A stretch of DNA of 64,000 nucleotides. Origin: Nemertoderma westbladi. Its lineage: Eukaryota > Animalia > Xenacoelomorpha. Shown piece after piece: positions 1 to 12,600 of this stretch; position 1 is the first letter of the stretch, and each line of letters starts with the position of its first letter. The DNA is taken from NCBI GenBank assembly GCA_032718475.1, contig JAUCBJ010001356.1:1-64000 (forward strand), written 5' to 3'. Below the pieces are notes generated by a model. That model saw only the letters and a list, made by a program, of their open reading frames with translations. It was not told the origin of the DNA and ran no database searches. Made by a program: the position numbers and the translations under genes.

Positions 1-46
1 CTTAGGAAGGACTCACCTACACAGATAAGTGTATTCTATAACACAA

Positions 47-470
47 ACCAATCCTACAACTAAACACTTACATCTGTGTCCTCTAGAGAACCAATCCTAC
101 AACTAAACACTTACATCTGTGTCCTCTAGAGAACCAATCCTACAACTAAACACTTACATCTGTGTCCTCTAGAGAACCAATCCTACAACTAAACACTTAC
201 ATCTGTGTCCTCTAGATAACCAATCCTACAACTAAACACTTACATCTGTGTCCTCTAGAGAACCAATCCTACAACTAAACACTTACATCTGTGTCCTCTA
301 GAGAACCAATCCTACAACTAAACACTTACATCTGTGTCCTCTAGAGAACCAATCCTACAACTAAACACTTACATCTGTGTCCTCTAGAGAACCAATCCTA
401 TAACTAAACACTTACATCTGTGCCCTCTAGAGAACCAATCCTACAACTAAACACTTACATCTGTGTCCTC
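47..470. repeat. 43-bp minisatellite (~10 copies) spanning the donor of exon 459-642
   Basis: Unit ACCAATCCTACAACTAAACACTTACATCTGTGTCCTCTAGAGA. Confidence 0.95.
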
Positions 471-642
471 AATAACCAGGTCTGGTAAAGGAAACGCTCT
501 TTTCCGGGCACTGCCTCCGCTGCTGCTGCGGTGCAGTGCTCCCGGTGCCGATTGGATGTGCAGCGGTGGTGTCTGGCGATCTGGAGGGATATCCTGTTTT
601 AGGGCCTCCTCAATCAAAGTTCCAAGAATCCAGATAATGAAC
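459..642 (-). CDS. RyR: RyR exon ([16 protein letters not shown]...VIEDTD)
   Basis: tag acceptor, GTAAGT donor, phase-compatible with the exon at 984-1163. Confidence 0.75.
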
Positions 643-3600
643 CTACATATGATGTAATGTAATTGTTTTTTCTATGTTAACCATAGGAACTATAAACGAT
701 ACACCATAACCTACATCCACGCAATATAGTACAAACTATTTACAAGCCTAACTTTTGTTAATTATATTAATTATTTATTTTATTATTTATTTTGTCTTTC
801 TAAACTAGCACTAGGACTACAGTTGTGCCATGACAGGACATGGCTGGGCTGGAAAATGAAATTAATTACAAATAAAGAATTCTAATAAGTCGTACAAAGT
901 TTCCCGTCGTATAAAGCTCTATACATCCCGTTCTACTTAACGGAATACAATAATATTTCCATTTTCGAATAAAGGTAACTTACAATCCCACATAGTATAA
1001 TACAGAGAACATCTGAGATAAGAACCACAGAATTATCTTGATGGTGACGTAGGCGATTCCGATAGGACTAATCCAGAAGAGCGTAGAGAGGCAGAATAAT
1101 GACATAAACAAATGCCATAAATAGCGGGCCGACAAGCATTGTTTAAATCTAGTCAGAAGGGGTCTGCGAAATAAAGGAGAAAAATTGTTGCTAAATTAAA
1201 CAACAAATTATAATGAAACGATACCAATTATTTTAATAAGACTACCGGTACTGTTTAAATGAAATAAGATTTTTCGATATTTCGGGAACGAGATTTTCAT
1301 TTCTCATACAAAAATATTCTTAAAGATTTCAGTATGCTAATATGTTTTTATTAGAAACATAATATTTGAAAATTATATTTATACTCTACAGATACTGGCG
1401 TACAGAGTACATTGACCGCAAGTGAAATAATGTATAGTTTATTGTTTTGGTTTATGGTTAATGTTTTTAATTTAATTTAATAAATTTTTCAAACCCACTA
1501 AAATTTATTTTGTTTATGCGGTCAATTTGCGCCTTTAAGGATATAAAGTATAATCACTTTATTATAAATAAACCACTGTAATATATATATATAATAATAA
1601 TTTGTAGAGACCAGAATTCAGTTTTCCACAGCAATGCAGTACTACACCACTACAGCAAATAAGTAAACAATGAGAATTTTGGATAGACTAAATGAAGAAC
1701 ACAATTCTCATTGAAATTCGTCCTTCTTCTTTAGAAACGATATAGGATTTAATGGTGATAATATTTCATTATGAGCTCTACGTGGTATTAAACTCACGTA
1801 GGCGGTGGATCCTCTCCCAAATCTCGTCTGACTTTCTCGAGTTTGGCGTCTTCGTCTTCCTCGGTTAGTCCAGCCGCGTGTTGCATCTCGAATATCGTGT
1901 CCTCGCAGAAATCCACGAAGGTTCCTAGACGCTCTGTATCGCCGCCTTCGTTGACGCAACTAAACAAAAACTGGCGTTTGGAATCCTGAAAAAATATTAA
2001 TGATGAAAAATAATGACACAGAGGGTGCAGTGCAGTGTAGAGGAGATGGAGTAGTTATCTTATTCGATAGAGATGTGCGATTTATAGAGAAAGGAAGCGA
2101 TCTAATCTTGGATAAGACAAATATAATATATACATAATAACATTACAAAAAAATAATAATATAATATATAAATTAAATAATAACATAATGATAATAATTT
2201 ATAATAATGAAAATAATGATAATAAATTAATAATAATGATAATAATTAATAATAATGATAATAATTAATAATAATGATAAAAAGTAATAATAATGATAAT
2301 AATTAATAATAATGATAAAAAGTAATAATAATGATAATAATTAATAATAATGATAATAATTAATAATAATGATAATAATTAATAATAATGATAATAATTA
2401 ATAATAATGATAATAATTAATAATAATGATAAATAAAATCAATAATATATTAATAATATTATAATTACATATAATAGTAATTGAGTTACTGAGTTAGTTA
2501 TTTGGTGATTGCCGATTTAATAGGAGTTGGGGAGGTCTGTACCACGTAGGCCAGCGCCGTCCCCGAAACCTAAGGCTCACCAAGGTCTTCGGCCACCGCG
2601 CAGGCATAGCGAGTTGGAGCGTAGCAGCCCGAACTGGAGTCGTCTCCGAACTCCACCCATCACCAATGCAAAGCCACGGGAAGGCATCCCATCCCGTCTG
2701 GCCACAAGTGTCTCAGCTAGGTGCCGAATAAAAATCTCGGCCTCCTTGCACCAGACACCATCCGTTGTGCCAACAAGGGGAGTAAAATAAATCCTCCTCT
2801 CCTCACAGACTGCACTGTAATGCGTCTTCTTGGCGCGTACCCGTTGTTCTAGAACGGAGTCAATGGACCTGTTGGTATAAGAGGGGGCGTCGGCCTTTAC
2901 AATCGCGATATCAAAAGACGCCACCCTCTGATTGGCCCAGACTCCACGCGCCAAAAGATCGGCCCTCACTCCTCCGACGTCCCACCCACATCCGTCCAGA
3001 TAACCGGTGGAGAGGGTCACTTCACGTTGGACGCAAGATCCACCGAGAGCAGAAGAGATAAGGTCACCATACACCTCGCGCAATTCGTCGTGCCTTTATT
3101 ATAAGGCCCCCGTGTTTACAGTTGAGGGCGTGGGTGGGTGTAAATGGAGCTCCACATCCCTCGCAGTTCGACGGGAGGCCTGGCGGCGTTAAGTCATACC
3201 GCAGCGCAAGATTGTCCCTGAAGGCGTCAGGATCTAAGTCGGTGTGGTCGGCTGGAGAGGGCTGAGCGGTCAGCCAACCACCAGTTTTGTACTTAACTGT
3301 CCGTTCCACCGTGCGGCGCCGATCGATGGGAATTTGTTGGAACGCCTCCACCTGCTTGATCTTGTAGACGGTGTCCTGTGCAATCCGACTTTCGGCGAGG
3401 GTGGAGGAGAGACACGCTGGAGGGGCAGGCCAGTGGTAAGGGCGTCCACAACTCCAATGGTACCATCCTTTGATGCAGCTCGAGCATGGGGTCGACGCAT
3501 TAGAGGGTCACGAATCCCAATTCCTCCATGGCGAACCGGGAGCATTGCCAGCTTGTCATCGGCCGCACTTAGCGGGGTTCCGAATAGTGCTGGGAAGTAA

Positions 3601-6600
3601 CTCTGGACAAGAGCAGAACGGATCGGGGATAAGTTTTCATCATTAGTGTCGACGACTCGGAGCAGGTAGTCCCACTCCGCTTGGACACATCTTGTCATTC
3701 CGAGGTGGGCTGTCTGCGGGAACTCTTTGGCCACTTCGGCCATTCGACTGATACTAGATACCCACCCCGATACCTTGCTCGCAACGAAGTCCTGGCGACC
3801 GTCGTTACCGCCCACTTAACCACCCAGGAAACGGCGACCTAAAACAATCTGGACCCCAGAAGCGCCAAACAACTCACGCGCCCTGTCGATACACTCGGGC
3901 TTCACGACCAGGAAACTCTTAGTGGGCTCTGGATTATAATGATAATCATTAATTATTTTTATTTAATTATAATAATAATCTAATATATAATATTAAAATA
4001 ATAGCATAATTTAATATTGATATCACGTGATATTTGGTACTCGTGAAAAGTGGTACTCGTCTTCCACGAGACCACAATGACACAAACTAGTTTTCCGTGG
4101 TGTCCTAAATGAATTATTGGGTGGATGCAAAGGGACGACGCTAGAATAGCAGTTCTTATACATGTGTATGTATAGCTGTTATAGCGTTATACAGTGGCGA
4201 CGGTTGCACAAGGATTTGTAATGATTAACAGATCGGATAGAATTAGGTGCGTTCAGACTGACGGCGCGAACCTAGCTTGACCCCCGTTCACACCGCGTTT
4301 CTTATGAATCTTTAGGGGTAATCCGAAATGATATGTTACACATTCGGTGTATTGTTATTGTTTTAGCATAATGTATCTATTAATCAATCTATCTCTAGCT
4401 TGACAGCTTCGCTATGCAAGTTCCCAGTGTATAGCGTCCAAAAATCATCCTAATAATAGCCCATTCACACTGCGTGAAGCTTGAAAGTCAGCTTGAAGCT
4501 ATCATGAAAGTTATCAAGGTTTCAAGATGTATCCATTCCGAACTAGTTTAGCGTCAAGGCAGTGTTAAGCTGTATCTAACCAAAACAATAAACGAATTAG
4601 TATATGTACAGGTTATAAGACAGAAATAAGCGCTATGAAACACTTAATAAAGATACATTAAAAAAAAAATAAAAAATCTCCATATATAAAATACCAATAA
4701 AAAGTCTAACGAAAAGGGAAATCCTGGTATTCTTCACATGGGCGCAAATTTTTTCACAAATCGTAATGAGATTGCATGAAATTTGAAACAGAGATAGTTT
4801 CACCTCCCGACCACTGACTGGGTGAGCCAGAATTTTATTTTTTGTGTTCAATCTTTAGCTACAAGGGTTTTAAAAAAAGTGTCTCCTGCGATATTACACC
4901 AATCCCACCGCAGTTATTCTTCTACCTTATAGTTGTTTGTTCGTACCAATAGAAAGCTGGCCACGCAAGGATTCCAAATATGTAAGGCCCCCCTCACACG
5001 GAGCAACTTGTTTCTGCAACTTGTTTCTGAAACTTGTTGCTGGACCCCCTCACACACAGAAACTTGTTGCTGCAACTTGTTTCCGAAACTTGTTTCTGTG
5101 TGTGAGGACTCCAGCAACAAGTTGCTGCAACTTGTTTCCGCAACTTATTTCTGTGTGTGAGGGGGTCCAGCAACAAGTTGCTGGAAGTTATATTCCCAGC
5201 AACTTTTTGAAAAACTTTTAATACATTCCATTTTGATACTAGCTAATATTAGATAATTTGAGTGATGTGATATTATATACAAATGACTGGACATGTTAGC
5301 TATTTATTTGGAAATAATTGTTATTTTCTTCAGCAACAAGTTTCTGTGTGTGAGGGGGGGCCAGCAACAAGTTGCTGAAACAAGTTTCGGAAACAAGTTG
5401 CAGAAACAAGTTGCAGCAACTTGTTTCTGTGTGTGAGGGGGTCCAGCAACAAGTTTCAGAAACAAGTTGCAGCAACTTGTTTCTGTGTGTGAGGGGGTCC
5501 AGCAACAAGTTGCAGAAACAAGTTGCTCCGTGTGAGGGGGGCCTTAGATACTTTAAATATTTTCTGAATTAACTAATGAAAGTGTAATCATAGAAATACA
5601 TGAAATCCATGTTCCAGAAATCTTAGAAAAGTTAACAACTGGAAAATTCAATTATCGATAATTTTACTTTAATTACTTACTTACTTACTTACTAATTAAT
5701 TAAATAATTAAATTCACAAATTATTTAATTTAAAGTGACAATGGCAACTTTGATCAGTGGATCCAGTCGTTCTTCTTCCAACTATTCCTATGTAACTGCT
5801 GTGGAAGAAATACAATTAGAAGAAGTTCAGCGGTCGACGGAAATACAGGAAAACCTGGAGGCAAACATTCCGTGCGAACCCCAACAGAACGATGTTGAAC
5901 AAACAAGCTGGTTGTGTAGACTGCTGGATACTGATGAGAAAATTGTTAAATTTGTATTCGGAATCCTGTCATCTTTCCTGGCATTTATTGTCACTGTAAT
6001 TTTATTAATGGTGCTGCTACAACCTGGGGCAGTCGAGTCGACCACCATTAGAAGTATAAATATAACAGAGGAAGTAAACACCACAGTGAGTGTCGCACCA
6101 ACGCCAACGGAATGTATAGCAAGTGAATCATCTAACACCACAGAACAAGCACTCACCACTAAAACACTTTCACTTAATAATACAACACACCAATCTACAA
6201 CTTCAACACACACACCTACTACAACTACAACACACCCACCACCTACTACAACTACAACACACCCACCACCTACTACAACTACAACACACCCACCACCTAC
6301 TACAACTACAACACACCCACCACCTACTACTACTAAACAAACACCTACCATTAAACCACCCCGACCCCGACGCACACCCTCACCCCGACACCGACCCCCA
6401 CTAAATTGCGGTACCGCCGGGTGCTATCCCTGAGAAATAAAATAAACGCCTTTAAAAAGAAACTGACCTGCCTGGACTCTGAAATCTTAATACAGTATCG
6501 ATATCGCTCCTCTGCTCTGCCATTAATTTCAATAGAAATAGACAGATTATAAAGAAGAATTTGGGAACAGTAGTCGTTGGTACAAACAGTCGGTTTAGAA

Positions 6601-9600
6601 ACAATACATTAGATAATAACACATATGGTCGAAGTGAACGGGTCGCAGTTCTCTACGGTAGACGCTGATCACGACGATTCGGACAATAGATCGTTGGCTG
6701 GCGAGCGGACCGGAGGTTGGTGGCATACGAAACTGTCTGAAACAAACCTCAACGGGAAACAATTCAATTGGGGCGAATACACATTAATTCAGCGGACTAA
6801 AATGATATTAAAACTCGAATGAAAATCCCAAACAATTCATATATAAGTAATCCTTAAGATTATGATAAATAATGTTGGTTAACGTAACTTTATGCGATTA
6901 AATCGTTAATATATTTCGCTTGTTATTTGTTTACTGTCGCTATAAATTTTGGAGATAGAGGGAACTTTGAACCCAATCAAAATTCATCCCTCTCCAGGGG
7001 AAAATCGACCCAACAAATTGCACACAAAAATAAAACTATCCTCTTCTATTGGCTTTAGTTTTTATTGTATAGGTTAGAATAACGTACCACTGTAACCTGC
7101 TCTTTTCCCTAAAGTGTCAATTTAACATTTAGACGAAATATCAATTCGCCGCGTGGCTGTTCCCAATGTTACATATTATCACCTTTATTTGTGGCTGTTG
7201 CCAGTGTTCCCTATTCTCACCTTTATTTGTGGATGTTCACCTTGTTCCTTATTCTCACCTTTATCTATGGCTGTTCCTATTGTTCAACATTATCACCTTT
7301 ATTTGTGGCTGTTCCTATTGCTCCACATACTCACCTTTATTTGTGGCTGTTCCCATTGTTCCATGTTCTTACCTTTATTCGTGGCTGTTCCTATTGTTCC
7401 ACATTATCACCTTTATTTGCGGCTGTTCCTATTGTTCCACATACTCACCTTTATTTGTGGCTGTTCCCATTGTTCCATGTTCTTACCTTTATTCGTGGCT
7501 GTTCCTATTGTTCCACATTATCACCTTTATTTGCGGCTGTTCCTATTGTTCCACATTCTCACCTTTATTTGCGGCTGTGCCCATTGTTCCATATTCTCAC
7601 CTTTATTCGTGGCTGTTCCTATTGTTCCACATTACCACCTTTATTTGTGGCTGTTCCTATTGTTCCACATACTCACCTTTATTTGTGGCTGTTCCCATTG
7701 TTCCATGTTCTTACCTTTATTCGTGGCTGTTCCTATTGCTCCACATTCTCCCTTTATTTGTGGCTGTTCCCATTGTTCCATATTATCACCTTTATTTGTG
7801 GCTGCTCCCATTGTTCCATATCATCACCTTTATTTGTGGCTGTTCCCCTTGTTCCATATTAATACCTTTATTTGTGGCTGTTGCCATTGTTCCATATAAT
7901 CACCTTTATTTGTGGCTGTTCCCATTGTTCCATATTATCACCTTTATTTGTGGGTGTTCCCATTGTTCCATATCATCACCTTTATTTGTGGCTGTTCCCC
8001 TTGTTCCATATTAATACATTTATTTGTGGCTGTTGCCATTGTTCCATATTCTCACCTTTATTCGTGGCTGTTCACCTTGTTCCTTATTCTCACCTTTATC
8101 TATGGCTGTTCCTATTGTTCCACATTACCACCTTTATTTGTGGCTGTTCCCATTGTTCCATGTTCTTACCTTTATTCGTGGCTGTTCCTATTGCTCCACA
8201 TTTTCCCTTTATTTGTGGCTGTTCCCATTGTTCCCTATTCTCACCTTTATTTGTGGATGTTCACCTTGTTCCTTATTCTCACCTTTATTCGTGGCTGTTC
8301 ACCTTGTTCCTTATTCTCACCTTTATCTATGGCTGTTCCTATTGTTCCACATTACCACCTTTATTTGTGGCTGTTCCCATTGTTCCATGTTCTTACCTTT
8401 ATTCGTGGCTGTTCCCATTGTTCCTTATTCTCACCTTTATCTATGGCTGTTCCTATTGTTCCACATTACCACCTTTATTTGTGGCTGTTCCCATTGTTCC
8501 ATGTTCTTACCTTTATTCGTGGCTGTTCCTATTGCTCCACATTCTCCCTTTATTTGTGGCTGTTCCCATTGTTCCCTATTCTCACCTTTATTTGTGGCTG
8601 TTGCCAGTGTTCCCTATTCTCACCTTTATTTGTGGCTGTTCCTATTGTTCCACATTACCACCTTTATTTGTGGCTGTTCCTATTGTTCCACATACTCACC
8701 TTTATTTGTGGCTGTTCCCATTGTTCCATGTTCTTACCTTTATTTGTGGCTGTTCCCATTGTTCCCTATTCTCACCTTTATTTGTGGCTGTTGCCATTGT
8801 TCCATATTCTCACCTTTATTCGTGGCTGTTCACCTTGTTCCTTATTCTCACCTTTATCTATGGCTGTTCCTATTGTTCCACATTACCACCTTTATTTGTG
8901 GCTGTTCCCATTGTTCCATGTTCTTACCTTTATTCGTGGCTGTTCCTATTGCTCCACATTCTCCCTTTATTTATGGCTGTTCCCATTGCTCCACATTCTC
9001 CCTTTATTTGTGGCTGTTCCCATTGTTCCCTATTCTCACCTTTATTTGTGGCTGTTGCCAGTGTTCCCTATTCTCACTTTTATTTGTGGCTGTTCCTATT
9101 GTTCCACATACTCACCTTTATTTGTGGCTGTTCCCATTGTTCCATGTTCTTACCTTTATTTGTGGATGTTCACCTTGTTCCTTATTCTCACCTTTATCTA
9201 TGGCTGTTCCTATTGTTCCACATTACCACCTTTATTTGTGGCTGTTCCTATTGTTCCACATTCTCCCTTTATTTGTGGCTGTTCCCATTGTTCCCTATTC
9301 TCACCTTTATTTGTGGATGTTCACCTTGTTCCTTATTCTCACCTTTATCTATGGCTGTTCCTATTGTTCCACATTACCACCTTTATTTGTGGCTGTTCCT
9401 ATTGTTCCACATACTCACCTTTATTTGTGGCTGTTCCCATTGTTCCATATTCTCACCTTTATTTGTGGCTGTTCCCATTGTTCCCTATTCTCACCTTTAT
9501 TTGTGGCTGTTGCCAGTGTTCCCTATTCTCACCTTTATTTGTGGATGTTCACCTTGTTCCTTATTCTCACCTTTATCTATGGCTGTTCCTATTGTTCCAC

Positions 9601-12600
9601 ATACTCACCTTTATTTGTGGCTGTTCCCATTGTTCCATATTCTCACCTTTATTTGTGGCTGTTCCCATTGTTCCCTATTCTCACCTTTATTTGTGGATGT
9701 TCACCTTGTTCCTTATTCTCACCTTTATCTATGGCTGTTCCTATTGTTCCACATACTCACCTTTATTTGTGGCTGTTCCCATTGTTCCATATTCTCACCT
9801 TTATTTGTGGCTGTTGCCAGTGTTCCCTATTCTCACCTTTATTTGTGGATGTTCACCTTGTTCCTTATTCTCACCTTTATCTATGGCTGTTCCTATTGTT
9901 CCACATTACCACCTTTATTTGTGGCTGTTCCTATTGTTCCACATTACCACCTTTATTTGTGGCTGTTCCTATTGTTCCACATACTCACCTTTATTTGTGG
10001 CTGTTCCCATTGTTCCATGTTCTTACCTTTATTTGTGGCTGTTCCCATTGTTCCATGTTCTTACCTTTATTCGTGGCTGTTCCTATTGCTCCACATTCTC
10101 CCTTTATTTATGGGTGTTCCCATTGTTCCATATTCTCACCTTTATTTGCGGCTGTTCCCATTGTTCCTTATTCTCACCTTTATCTATGGCTGTTCCTATT
10201 GTTCCACATTACCACCTTTATTTGTGGCTGTTCCTATTGTTCCACATTACCACCTTTATTTGTGGCTGTTCCTATTGTTCCACATTACCACCTTTATTTG
10301 TGGCTGTTCCTATTGTTCCACATACTCACCTTTATTTGTGGCTGTTCCCATTGTTCCATGTTCTTACCTTTATTTGTGGCTGTTCCCATTGTTCCATGTT
10401 CTTACCTTTATTCGTGGCTGTTCCTATTGCTCCACATTCTCCCTTTATTTATGGCTGTTCCCATTGTTCCATATTCTCACCTTTATTTGTGGATGTTCAC
10501 CTTGTTCCTTATTCTCACCTTTATCTATGGCTGTTCCTATTGTTCCACATTACCACCTTTATTTGTGGCTGTTCCTATTGTTCCACATACTCACCTTTAT
10601 TTGTGGCTGTTCCCATTGTTCCATGTTCTTACCTTTATTTGTGGCTGTTCCCATTGTTCCATATTCTCACCTTTATTTGTGGCTGTTCCCATTGTTCCAT
10701 ATTATCACCTTTATTTATGGCTGTTCCCATTGTTCCATATTCTCACCTTTATTTGCGGCTGTTCCCATTGTTCCTTATTCTCTTCAGTTATCTCAAAGTA
10801 AACTCTTTCAACTCTTTTACTTCCACCAATTATCTCGATGCGGCCAAGGTTTGGCTCAAAGTAATCAAGAAGTTCTTGTGCGGGTTTCAAAAGTGTTTCC
10901 AGTCTGAAAATAAAAGTAAGAGTAAGTAATAACTATTTACATACTTGTGTGTAAAGTAGCACTTTGCAGTGTGATGATCCGAGTGGCTTTGTTACTCGAA
11001 CGAACGTTAGTGAGTGAGTGAAAATTAAGCCACGATGATCAGAACACTGTAAAGTACTTTGCAACAAGTATGTATGTAGTTTTATTCCAAAATTTTATCA
11101 TTACGAAATGATTGTACATATACATATAAGTGATTTTCAAATTTCCACCTATTGTTTACGTGGTAACCAATGACGGCGTTAGGTAATGTCCCCTTAGTGG
11201 ACACTACTTAACGCCGCCATTGGTTACCACGTAATCAATAACTAATATCATGAACACCAAATATAATATTAAAGGTACAGGCCAATACAATGCTGTAATG
11301 TCCTCTAAAGTTGTAAAGTACTAAATAACAACTCGCTGTTAATACTAACGGCGTTGAGTAATGTTACAATTTTGTTTTATTACAATTTATTCCAAAATTG
11401 TAACATTACTCAACGCCGATAGTATTAACAGCGAGTTGTTATTTGGCACTTTACAACATTAGAGGACATTACAGCCTGTACATTTAGTATTGTATTTGGT
11501 GTTATTGTTTACGTGGTAACCCATGATGGCGTTAAGTAATGTCCACTAAGGGGACATTACTTTACGCCGTCATTGGTTACCACGTAAACAATAGGTGGGA
11601 ATTTGCCTGACAGCCAGATAGGCCTACTGCATTACCTACCGGTAGGCGGGGTATAGCTATCAATAACCAGTAGGGCCTAGCTATATTATTATAGCATGGC
11701 TCCACACGCCACCATAAATATAAGCTAACTTATTTATAACATAATTTATGTCATTTTTACATTTATTAATGCAAATTTATAAATAGATGTTATTTAGCCT
11801 TGGGAGGAGGTGTCCTCCTATTTGGTTTGCCTTGGCCACTGTGTTTATTTTCACCTATGGAGTTTACGTCACCGTAATATATGCTTTCACATCCCTCTGT
11901 GTCTGAACCAGAGTGATCAGAGAGACACTCTTCATAGTTGGTGACATAAGCGTATCGCTTCTTGGTTACTGTCTTTTATCAATGTTTTTTGTGTCTGAAC
12001 GGCTTTTTTCCCGGTTCATTGTGATAAGATACGTGGAGGTTTTGGCCTTCAAAGAACTCCTAAACGAGTCCATATCAGGGAAACATTCATGTTTAAGTTT
12101 GTAATTGTAAGTGTATCGATCCCATCAGGTCCCAGTGGAGCCCTTTGGAAGCGCACTGGAAACAAATTGGACTGTCATGATTGTATCGTACACTTGTTTC
12201 TGTCCTAGCCAATCAAGCTGGCGACAAATTTCCTCTACTTCATCTCTAAACTCTACGATCCCGTTTTGAGTGGATCTATTTTTAGAGATTAATCTGTCAT
12301 ACATGTTGCCTGCCAAGCTTTCCTCATTGCCATACCGCTCCTTTAGAGTATCCCAAACAGTACTGATGCCGTCTACATGGCCCACATATTTTGCAGCCAT
12401 CTGTTTAGGGGGTCCTTCCAGGCAACTAATTATATATCTAAGCTTGTCACGTTCACTTAATGGTGATTCTAGAATACTGTCTTTCCAGAACTCTACAAAG
12501 GGTAGCCACTTCAGTTCGTCACCATCAAACTTTAAAATTTGACCTGAGGAGACGCACTGTCGAGCTTCGTTTCTAGCAAATATGCCTGGTGAGGTCGGTT

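Noticed and set aside
1-18. Possible next RyR exon starting at position 16
   Set aside because: The phase-0 reading hits TAA after four codons and there is too little sequence to judge.
7153-10929. Three ~1000-aa plus-strand ORFs rich in C/L/F/H
   Set aside because: Artefacts of a stop-free 38-bp repeat, antisense to an RyR intron.
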